Assembly: GCA_035530835.1 (NCBI GenBank)
Contig: DATKUC010000027.1
Coordinates: 1-57,406, forward strand
Origin: Spirochaetia bacterium
Lineage (GTDB): Bacteria; Spirochaetota; Spirochaetia; DSM-27196; DATKUC01
Length of the DNA stretch: 57,406 nucleotides
Direction: 5' to 3'
The notes under the pieces are model-generated. The model ran no database searches, was not told the DNA's origin, and saw only the letters and a program-made list of their open reading frames with translations. Shown here one piece after another: positions 36,782 to 44,649 of this stretch. The translations under genes were made by a program, and so were the position numbers. Every line of letters starts with the position of its first letter. The stretch's first letter is position 1.

Positions 36782-37330
36782 ATGACATACAAGCGTCCTG
36801 TTATATATGTTCACCGGTATAATTCACCTGTAGGAAGCCTGTTCCTCGCTGTCGATCGAAAGGGCGGTGTTATACGAGTAAGCAGCGCAGATGATCGCTC
36901 ACTTGAAAAGCGGTATGACATGCAGCCAAACGCATACGCCTGCGGTGAGCTCGCATTCCAGCTCGACGCCTATTTTCGCGGGGAGCTGACGAAGTTCACA
37001 ATCGAGCCGGTACTGGAAGGAACCGAGTTCCAGCTCTCGGTGTGGAACAGGATCCTGAAGATACCGTATGGCTCGGTAATGACCTACGGCGAAATAGCCC
37101 AGAAGGTTGGGCGGAGAAATGCCGCGCGGTCGGTGGGAAACGCAGTTGCACAGAATCCGCTCGCTATACTCGTTCCCTGCCATCGGGTAGTCGGTGCACG
37201 CGGCAACATCGGCCAGTACACACTTCGCACACCGCAGGATGAACTGGGAACCAATGCAAAAGCATATCTGTTGTCGCTTGAGGAACATGCAGCCGAGCGG
37301 GAGCTGTCTGCAGCCGGTCCGAAACGGTAA
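36782..37330 (+). CDS. ogt: Methylated-DNA--protein-cysteine methyltransferase
   Basis: Active site PCHRVV and helix-turn-helix region YGEIAQKVG..ARSVGNAVAQNP. Confidence 0.85.
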   Translation: MTYKRPVIYVHRYNSPVGSLFLAVDRKGGVIRVSSADDRSLEKRYDMQPNAYACGELAFQLDAYFRGELTKFTIEPVLEGTEFQLSVWNRILKIPYGSVMTYGEIAQKVGRRNAARSVGNAVAQNPLAILVPCHRVVGARGNIGQYTLRTPQDELGTNAKAYLLSLEEHAAERELSAAGPKR

Positions 37331-37339
37331 TGCCGGGCG

Positions 37340-38920
37340 CTATTGGGATTTCACGAACATCTGCATGAGCTGCACGAAGTAGTACATTTTCTTGTAGACT
37401 TCAACAATTCTCCCCTTGATGGGCGCTTCGGAGAGTGCTTCGATCTCTTTCCAGTTCAACAGCAGCTCGTGCTCAGCCTTGTCGTAGTCTTCGAGTATTG
37501 AGCGGAGATTCTTTGCTATTACTATAAGATTCTGAGCTGACTCGTTGATCATGTGTTGAGCTGCCCGGTTCACCTCTTCGATCTGGGTTCGCAGCAACTT
37601 GCTGGACGACGGATCCCGGTCGACGATTCGCCCCATAGCCTTCCGGATCTTCATTCCCAGCTCGCCTTCGTCCGCGAGTGAATCGTCGAATTGCACAATG
37701 GTCTCGGCTACTGTCATTGTCTGGTGAAATGCCTCCGAGAACTGCTGCGAAAGGAAGTTTGTGGACCATTTACCACGAACGATCAGGAGGTCGTGCAGTT
37801 CGCGAATGTCTTTCTTGAAGAAATCCAGGAGAAATGCCTTCAGATAGTTGATTGCAGTAGTATGCGAGTATCCGCCAGACACCCTCTTTGAGAAGATTAT
37901 GTTTGCCTTTTCGGTGTAGTTCTTCGTACGGGAAATGGCGCTGGTTCCGAACACGGCGGTGCACAACTGTTCGATCTTCTGATCGCGGCGCTCGTGCAGG
38001 ATCTTCTGGACCACCGCTTCAGTCTTCGTTTTGATAGTATTCAGATACGGTTCGACAATGTGCTCAGTTGCCACACTTACCGAGGGCTGATAGAACGGAT
38101 CTTTGGACGTGTGCTTGATGATCAGCGTGAGCACGTCGGACCGCTTCACTTCATCCAGTGTCGAGACCAGCTTCTTCCATGCCGGGCGGGAGAGGACGTC
38201 AATGCCGCGGTAGCTCTTCAGGACGTCAAACACCTGATCCCAGTTCACGTCGCGATCGATCGAAAAACTCACATCCTGGAAATCCTTCAGATCGTCCACG
38301 ATGTACTCTGCGCTGATGGTGTCGAACTTCGGATTGATTGAATAGCTGTTTTCCGGAATTGATGAGTCAAACTTGCGGAGGACGAAGTAGTAGTCAAAAC
38401 TGGCAAACCGGACGAAAGACTGAATAACCGTATAGATGTCGGTAATTTCCTTGACAGTCTTTGAGTCAAATCCACTGAAGAATCGGACCATCGACTCTTT
38501 CAGCCGTCCCGCAAGTTCCTTCGGCTGCATATCCTTTGCACGCTCGCGAACTGCAGCTTCGTCGAACGTCTCAAGACTGTGCCGCTGTTCTTCGGTCAGG
38601 AAGGATTCGACAACGATGGACTTAAGAGCGGCAGAAGCCTGAGCGCTTGAAAGCATGGATTGCGCAGGTCCGACGATCTTGTAGATGTCGAGAAAGTAGC
38701 GGGCAAGTCCGGGTAGCGCCTCGTCCGCCTTGGCGTGAAAGAACTTGAACTTCTGTTTCTTGAGATCTTTCGCGATCTGTTTGAGCAATCTGCGTTTTTC
38801 GCGTTCCGGATCATCGCCGCCCACAAACAGAAGAAAGAGTCGCTCAAAGAATGTCGGCTCAGTGAACTTCGATGCCTGGCCGGATACACTTTTCCCGGTG
38901 TCCAGGTCTTGAGTCATCAT
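37340..38920 (-). CDS. Hypothetical cytoplasmic protein, 526 aa, largely helical by composition
   Basis: Long ORF with protein-like composition and no TM segment or recognisable motif. Lies downstream of the lipoprotein gene on the same strand. Confidence 0.7.
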   Translation of the reverse strand: MMTQDLDTGKSVSGQASKFTEPTFFERLFLLFVGGDDPEREKRRLLKQIAKDLKKQKFKFFHAKADEALPGLARYFLDIYKIVGPAQSMLSSAQASAALKSIVVESFLTEEQRHSLETFDEAAVRERAKDMQPKELAGRLKESMVRFFSGFDSKTVKEITDIYTVIQSFVRFASFDYYFVLRKFDSSIPENSYSINPKFDTISAEYIVDDLKDFQDVSFSIDRDVNWDQVFDVLKSYRGIDVLSRPAWKKLVSTLDEVKRSDVLTLIIKHTSKDPFYQPSVSVATEHIVEPYLNTIKTKTEAVVQKILHERRDQKIEQLCTAVFGTSAISRTKNYTEKANIIFSKRVSGGYSHTTAINYLKAFLLDFFKKDIRELHDLLIVRGKWSTNFLSQQFSEAFHQTMTVAETIVQFDDSLADEGELGMKIRKAMGRIVDRDPSSSKLLRTQIEEVNRAAQHMINESAQNLIVIAKNLRSILEDYDKAEHELLLNWKEIEALSEAPIKGRIVEVYKKMYYFVQLMQMFVKSQ

Positions 38921-38975
38921 GGAGTTATGATATGAGAAACCTAAAGTGATGTCAATCTAACCATTTTGCCGGATT

Positions 38976-39803
38976 CTATTTGAATTGCACCTGAACCGTC
39001 CGGCTTGGTTCGATTTTGAGACCAGGGAACAACTGCGCAAGATTCTGGAAATTGCTCAGCTTTGCAGAGTTTCCATCCTTCAGTTCCTTCTGGAAATCGG
39101 GATTCTTCAGCAATGCATTAAACTGGAAATCCATGAGCGTAACCCGGTGTGCGTCATGAAACGCCGCATTCGTACGTACGATGGTTCCATCGAACACGAG
39201 ATCGACTCCTATGCTCATATCCCCGTACAGTTGAGTGAACATCGAAACGTCCTCGTCACTCATCGAGCTCCCCTTCCCGGTCGCGTCGGGAGAAGATTCA
39301 TTCCTGGGTGGCGCAGGAAGGTTAACTGTCAGGGAATCAGGCTCTCCTCTCTGGAACGAGAAACGGATGAAATCCGGTTCCTGAGTTGCCTTCGTTTCGC
39401 CGGGAACCTGTGCCATCTGGGACGGGAGACCCTGTCCCGGATTCTGATTCACGTGAATCCTGTTGATGTCCTTGAACGCGTAGACAACGTCGTACCCTTT
39501 GCCCCAGTCGTTCTCGAGTGGAGCAGCTTTGACCATCGTCACTCCCTGCCCGATGTCGGCTGCGTTCGCGCGCAACTGCTTCTCGTCGAAAAGCTGGAAA
39601 CCCTGCGACGAATCCTGGGAGTTCGCGTCGCCGGTCGAGTTGAGCCCGGCCATCATCGCTATCAGCTCGGACTTCATCAGGAAGGTCTGTTCGACAGTCC
39701 CGCTGCCATCCTTGTTCACATTAACGACAGTCTTTACCTGCAGGCAGCTTCCGAGAAGCAGCACGGCTCCCGCCACTGCAGTCAAAAGCATGAGCTTCTT
39801 CAT
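38976..39803 (-). CDS. Putative lipoprotein
   Basis: MKKLMLLTAVAGAVLLLGSC signal peptide with lipobox LLGSC. A G-rich SD lies upstream of ATG 39803. Confidence 0.75.
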   Translation of the reverse strand: MKKLMLLTAVAGAVLLLGSCLQVKTVVNVNKDGSGTVEQTFLMKSELIAMMAGLNSTGDANSQDSSQGFQLFDEKQLRANAADIGQGVTMVKAAPLENDWGKGYDVVYAFKDINRIHVNQNPGQGLPSQMAQVPGETKATQEPDFIRFSFQRGEPDSLTVNLPAPPRNESSPDATGKGSSMSDEDVSMFTQLYGDMSIGVDLVFDGTIVRTNAAFHDAHRVTLMDFQFNALLKNPDFQKELKDGNSAKLSNFQNLAQLFPGLKIEPSRTVQVQFK

Positions 39804-39983
39804 AATGGTTCCCCCCACCTTCTACTGGAATCAACCTCTCGATTCCGCCTCACCCCTGCCGGTCCATGTGCACCTTGTGAGTACGACCGACAAAAAGAAT
39901 TATCGCATACATAGGTCGGATTACCAAGACGATGAGGCCGAGCATCATGAACTGCGGCTTGAATAGCTGATTGACTGTCAGAT

Positions 39984-41306
39984 ATGCTTTTCCGCATGAA
40001 TGTGTTAGCTGCAGAATTGAACAATACGCTTGATGGAACCATCGTGTCGCGTTTGCTGTCCGATTTCGGAAAGCGGATATACTTTCCCAAAGGCATTGTT
40101 GCACAGGCATCGGAAGCCGACCGCGAGGCGCACCGTTTCAATGCTACGGTCGGAATCGCAGCCTCGCACGGGCAGCCGGTCATGCTGCCTTCACTGCAGA
40201 TGCTTCTCACCGAACTGACGCCGAAAGAGGCTGTTGCGTACGCTCCAACAGCGGGAGTTCCCGCGCTCCGCGAATTGTGGAAGAAGGAGATGATCGAGAA
40301 AAATCCGTCACTAGCCGGCGCGCGCTTCTCGCTTCCCGCTGTTACACCGGGCATCACAAATGGAATATTCCAGGCTGCAACACTCTTCGTAAACCCGGGA
40401 GATGTAGTAATTCTTCCGGACATGTGCTGGGACAACTATCAGCTCATCTTCGAGGAACAGCGGGGAGCGCACATCGTGAACTTTCCGTTCTTCGCGCCGG
40501 ATTCCCCGGCCACGCTGAATATCGACGGGCTCCGGAAGGTGATGATGGCCCACAGGGATGCCGGCCGGGTAACGCTCATGCTGAACTTTCCCAACAACCC
40601 GACCGGCTATTCACCTTCGTTTCGCGAAATGACCGCGCTCGTCGAGGCGATTACCGATGTTGCCGACGGCGGAACTGACGTGCTGGTGATCTGTGACGAT
40701 GCGTATTTCGGTCTGTACTACGAACAGGAAACCTGCGCCGAGTCCGTCTTCGCGCAGCTTGCCTCCTGCCACGACCGGGTCATGGCGGTAAAGGTGGACG
40801 GCGCCACCAAGGAAGAGTTCGTCTGGGGATTCAGGATAGGATTTATTACTGTTGCCTCACGTGGCCTCTCTGACAGTCACTACGCGGCGGTCGAGAAAAA
40901 GCTCATGGGAGCAATCCGCTCCACCGTATCAAGCTCATCCGGACTGGCACAGAACCTGCTTGTTCACGTAATGAGGAGCGCGACGTACCACGAGGAAAAG
41001 CAGGCCGAGTTCAGCATGCTCATTGAGCGTTACCGGAAAGTGCGCGAAATAGTGACCTCCTACGCCGCGGACAGCGACAGAACTCTCGAACCGCTCCCGT
41101 TCAATTCAGGCTATTTCATGAGCTTCCGCTGCGATCGTGTCGACTCCGAGGAGCTTCGAATAGCGCTGCTTGCGGGCGGGATAGGAGTGATCTCAATGCA
41201 GGGCAACTATCTTCGCGTCGCGTTCTCCGGAATCGACGAGGAGAACATTCCGGCACTGTTCGATGAGATATTCAGCGCCGCACGGGCCGCGAAAAAAGTT
41301 GCCTGA
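39984..41306 (+). CDS. Class I/II PLP-dependent aminotransferase
   Basis: NFPNNPTGYSP and the PLP-Lys context DGATKEEFVWGFRIGF. ATG 39996 is an alternative start. Confidence 0.85.
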   Translation: MLFRMNVLAAELNNTLDGTIVSRLLSDFGKRIYFPKGIVAQASEADREAHRFNATVGIAASHGQPVMLPSLQMLLTELTPKEAVAYAPTAGVPALRELWKKEMIEKNPSLAGARFSLPAVTPGITNGIFQAATLFVNPGDVVILPDMCWDNYQLIFEEQRGAHIVNFPFFAPDSPATLNIDGLRKVMMAHRDAGRVTLMLNFPNNPTGYSPSFREMTALVEAITDVADGGTDVLVICDDAYFGLYYEQETCAESVFAQLASCHDRVMAVKVDGATKEEFVWGFRIGFITVASRGLSDSHYAAVEKKLMGAIRSTVSSSSGLAQNLLVHVMRSATYHEEKQAEFSMLIERYRKVREIVTSYAADSDRTLEPLPFNSGYFMSFRCDRVDSEELRIALLAGGIGVISMQGNYLRVAFSGIDEENIPALFDEIFSAARAAKKVA

Positions 41307-41313
41307 GCCACGA

Positions 41314-41814
41314 TCATCCGGGCACGAGAAATCTTCCCAGCTCTTTCAGCCGTGAAATGGTTCGATGCACCGGCGTCCCCTGTTTGTTCGTCTTGTCATC
41401 AAGCTCGACTACAGTCACGTAAAGCTTGTTCAGAAGATCCGACAGCACCGATAGATTCGACTGGAAGTTGTTCACCGACATATCACGAAGCACACGCTCG
41501 TTTCCCGACAGTGCTCCGACTCGCCCGCCGCCGCTTGTTGAAAGCAGCGCGCGCAGGTTCGGACCGACATCCTTTCGCGCGTGATAGATGAACTCGGCCA
41601 GCGCAAGTATACGGTCATAGAGTTCGTCAAAATGATAACCTTGCAGCTGATAGTAGTCCGATTTCTCGGTAAGGCTCTCGATCATTTCCCAGGTGTGCGC
41701 GTCAATCTGAATGCGCATGAGTGCCGGTCGCAGGAAGCGATTGCTCACATTACGCTTGTAGTGATCAGCAATGTGTTCGACGAGTGTCATGACCACGCTG
41801 TCCTTGATCTGCAT
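41314..41814 (-). CDS. Hypothetical protein, 166 aa
   Basis: AAGGAG lies 9 nt upstream of ATG 41814, within ORF 41314..41862. No recognisable motif. Confidence 0.6.
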   Translation of the reverse strand: MQIKDSVVMTLVEHIADHYKRNVSNRFLRPALMRIQIDAHTWEMIESLTEKSDYYQLQGYHFDELYDRILALAEFIYHARKDVGPNLRALLSTSGGGRVGALSGNERVLRDMSVNNFQSNLSVLSDLLNKLYVTVVELDDKTNKQGTPVHRTISRLKELGRFLVPG

Positions 41815-41941
41815 TCGCTCTCTCTCCTTCAATTGAACTTCGATAGAAATGGCCCTACTCATCAGACAGCCGCAATCACGAAGTCAATGTATCTTAGCCA
41901 CATCGGGCCGAAACGTCGATACGCTTCTGCCGCGCTTGATC

Positions 41942-41964
41942 AATTTCGCGTGTTCCGCGAAATT
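41942..41964. promoter_or_regulatory. Perfect 9-5-9 inverted repeat AATTTCGCG-TGTTC-CGCGAAATT (candidate operator)
   Basis: Lies 20 nt upstream of the -35 box of the binding-protein promoter, in a divergent intergenic region. Confidence 0.4.
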
Positions 41965-41983
41965 GCAGAAGCCCACTGCGCTA

Positions 41984-42012
41984 TTGACAGCTCAAATGCT
42001 GTTCCGTAGAGT
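41984..42012 (+). promoter_or_regulatory. Sigma-70-like promoter TTGACA-N17-TAGAGT, positioned for a leaderless transcript
   Basis: The -10 box ends 8 nt before ATG 42021. No SD is possible in that space. Confidence 0.45.
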
Positions 42013-42020
42013 GTGGCGAT

Positions 42021-43280
42021 ATGAACAGGACCGGCAGGGTCTCGACGTTACTCCTCTTGTCGGGAGCTATCTTTCTTGCGATTCTGCTGAGCGGTTGCAG
42101 CTCGCCGGACCAGAACACGGCAATTCTCTGGACTAATCAGCCGGAGTTCGCCGCATACGTAGAGTCGTTCAACGCACATCAGAATACCTACCGGGTCATG
42201 CTGGTCTACAAAGCCAATCCGGCAGCTGCGCTCACGACCAGCAACACGCAGCCGGACCTCGTTGTCGGCGAATATCTGCGCAGTCAGCGAGTGCGAAGGT
42301 ATTTTTCCTCGCTGAACGGCCTCATGGCGCACGACCGGATTGACCCAGGTCAGTTCTACCCGGGAGCATTGAAGGCAACCTCATGGGGTGGCGACCAGCT
42401 GTTCCTTCCCGTCTCATTCGATCTTCCGGCAATCGTGTTTCTGAAAGGGGCGATTCCCTCCGATAAGGATTCGTTCTTCATATCGCTCTCAGAACTCGGT
42501 GAGCTTGCAAAGGGATACAACGAGCTTGCCGGCGGTGCGTACACGCGCGTCGGGTTTTCCCCCGACTGGAGTGGTGACTTTCTGTACACCTACGCGTCGC
42601 TGAGCGGGGCGAATTTCCGGGAAAACGGATCGGGTAATCCGACCTGGGACGAGCCGGTGTTGCAGAGTGTGTTGAACTCTGTTCATCAGTGGATAGGCAC
42701 TACGAATGGGAGTATCGCTCTGGACGCCGCATTCAGGGAACGCTATGTGTACGAACCGCCTTATGTGCTCATAACCGGCGGACGGATCGAGTTCGCGTAC
42801 ATGAATGCGGCATCGCTTTTCCAGATGGCGGAAAGCAAACGTCAGCAGCTCGACTTCCGCTGGATCGCCCAGAATGAGCGGGTTCCCGTCCTCGACAATC
42901 TGCTGCTGGCCGGGATTCCCAATCGCGCGAAGCATCGCGGCGCTGCAAAGGCGTTCCTGCAATGGTTCTTCCAGGTGAAGACGCTCGCGAAACTGCTCGA
43001 TGAAAGCCAGATCAAGCAATTGACATCATTTGGTATTTCAAACGGATTCTCGAGCTTTCCGGCAATCAACGACCGCGAGTTACCCAAACACTACCCTTCA
43101 CTCCTCGGACACATACCCAAGAACTTTGATCTGCTTTTTCCGCCGCCCCTCCCCAGAAACTGGCAGTTGATGCAGGAAGATGTTGTACGACCGTGGCTTC
43201 AGCAGGCTGCATCAACTGATCAGCCCGCTCCGGCGCTCTCCGAACAGATCAAACAGTGGCTGCTTCAGCAGGGTGATTGA
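42021..43280 (+). CDS. ABC transporter extracellular solute-binding lipoprotein (carbohydrate type)
   Basis: Signal peptide with lipobox ILLSGC. Size and composition are typical of family-1 solute-binding proteins. Confidence 0.7.
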   Translation: MNRTGRVSTLLLLSGAIFLAILLSGCSSPDQNTAILWTNQPEFAAYVESFNAHQNTYRVMLVYKANPAAALTTSNTQPDLVVGEYLRSQRVRRYFSSLNGLMAHDRIDPGQFYPGALKATSWGGDQLFLPVSFDLPAIVFLKGAIPSDKDSFFISLSELGELAKGYNELAGGAYTRVGFSPDWSGDFLYTYASLSGANFRENGSGNPTWDEPVLQSVLNSVHQWIGTTNGSIALDAAFRERYVYEPPYVLITGGRIEFAYMNAASLFQMAESKRQQLDFRWIAQNERVPVLDNLLLAGIPNRAKHRGAAKAFLQWFFQVKTLAKLLDESQIKQLTSFGISNGFSSFPAINDRELPKHYPSLLGHIPKNFDLLFPPPLPRNWQLMQEDVVRPWLQQAASTDQPAPALSEQIKQWLLQQGD

Positions 43281-43302
43281 GCCCGCAACCCCCAATTTCT
43301 CG

Positions 43303-43331
43303 TTGACAACCCCCGGTATGTGCTTTACGAT
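43303..43331 (+). promoter_or_regulatory. Sigma-70-like promoter TTGACA-N17-TACGAT upstream of the ABC ATPase gene
   Basis: TTGACA 43303-43308 and TACGAT 43326-43331. GGAGG lies 5 nt before ATG 43367. Confidence 0.45.
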
Positions 43332-43366
43332 AAGTACATAAAATAATATCTCGTGTGGAGGTATCC

Positions 43367-44485
43367 ATGGCGACAGTTGAATTGAAGTCGTTGTCTAAAG
43401 TATACGAAGGTAATGTTCAGGCAGTTAAAAATGCTAATATTACCGTTCAGGACAAAGAGTTCGTGGTACTTGTCGGCCCTTCGGGTTGTGGGAAGACCAC
43501 GACACTTCGAATGGTTGCGGGACTCGAAGATATCACAAGCGGCGAGCTCCTGATCGATGGGAAGCTCGTCAATGATGTTCCGCCGAAAGACCGGGACATT
43601 GCGATGGTGTTCCAGAACTACGCTCTGTATCCGCACATGACTGTGTACGACAACATGGCGTTCGGTCTGAAGATTCGGAAGTTCCCGAAGGAAGAAATCA
43701 AGCAGCGTGTGGATGAAGCTGCCCGTATCCTCGACATCGAGGAGCTGCTGGACAGAAAGCCGAAGGCGCTTTCCGGTGGACAGAGGCAGCGCGTGGCCGT
43801 TGGTCGTGCAATCGTCCGCCATCCGAAGGTCTTCCTGTTCGATGAACCGCTTTCGAACCTCGATGCAAAGCTTCGCGTTCAGATGAGAACCGAGATTTCT
43901 GCACTTCACAATCGTCTTCAGGCGACCATGCTCTATGTCACCCATGACCAGGTCGAGGCAATGACGATGGGCGACAAGATCGTTGTCATGAAGGACGGAG
44001 TCATTCAGCAGATCGGTGATCCGCTGACGTTGTACAACGTACCGGTGAATCGCTTTGTTGCAGGATTCATTGGATCACCTCCGATGAACTTCATGAACGT
44101 GAAGATCACCGAAGAGGGCGGCAAACTTTTTGCGGATGAGGGGAATTTCAAGTTCCTCGTCGAGAAAAAAGCTGATCTGCTTCGACCGTTTATCGGCAAG
44201 AACACGACCTTCGGTGTTCGACCTGAGGACCTGCACTACGCTGAAAAACCGAGTGATCTGACATTGAAGACTACGGTTGAGATTATCGAGCCGCTCGGTG
44301 CCGAGACTCATCTCTACCTGAACACCGGTGGACATCAGATCGTGGCGCGTGTGCCCCCGACACTCGAGTTCAAGACCGGAGACACCGTGTATCTTACCTC
44401 GGACCAGAGTCGTGCGATGTGGTTTGATGGCGACACGGAAGAGTCAATCCTGACCGAACAGGAAAAGCAGCGCGTATCGCAGTAG
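43367..44485 (+). CDS. Sugar ABC transporter ATP-binding protein (MalK/UgpC/MsiK type)
   Basis: Walker A GPSGCGKTT, signature LSGGQRQR, Walker B FLFDEPLSNLD, and a C-terminal MalK-like regulatory domain. Confidence 0.9.
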   Translation: MATVELKSLSKVYEGNVQAVKNANITVQDKEFVVLVGPSGCGKTTTLRMVAGLEDITSGELLIDGKLVNDVPPKDRDIAMVFQNYALYPHMTVYDNMAFGLKIRKFPKEEIKQRVDEAARILDIEELLDRKPKALSGGQRQRVAVGRAIVRHPKVFLFDEPLSNLDAKLRVQMRTEISALHNRLQATMLYVTHDQVEAMTMGDKIVVMKDGVIQQIGDPLTLYNVPVNRFVAGFIGSPPMNFMNVKITEEGGKLFADEGNFKFLVEKKADLLRPFIGKNTTFGVRPEDLHYAEKPSDLTLKTTVEIIEPLGAETHLYLNTGGHQIVARVPPTLEFKTGDTVYLTSDQSRAMWFDGDTEESILTEQEKQRVSQ

Positions 44486-44496
44486 TCCTCCGGACT

Positions 44497-44559
44497 GCTG
44501 CGCACTGAACCTCGGGTCTGGAGGTTGCTCCCCGCTGGTTTCAGTGGCGCAGTTTTGTT
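44497..44559 (+). terminator. Long bulged stem (about 12 bp) followed by TTTTGTT, 12 nt after the ATPase stop
   Basis: GCTGCGCACTGAA (44497-44509) pairs with TTCAGTGGCGCAGT (44540-44553). An apical CCTC/GAGG hairpin sits at 44510-44524. Confidence 0.5.
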
Positions 44560-44590
44560 ACCGGGCGTGGAGGGTTAGGTTTTGATCAAG

Positions 44591-44621
44591 AAGGCTGGGG
44601 TTGCACCCCGGCCTTTTTTTT
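44591..44621 (+). terminator. Rho-independent terminator (10-bp stem AAGGCTGGGG/CCCCGGCCTT plus T8)
   Basis: Stem 44591-44600 / 44606-44615, loop TTGCA, T-run 44614-44621. Confidence 0.75.
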
Positions 44622-44649
44622 GATATTTTGGTGACATTGACGGTTATAA

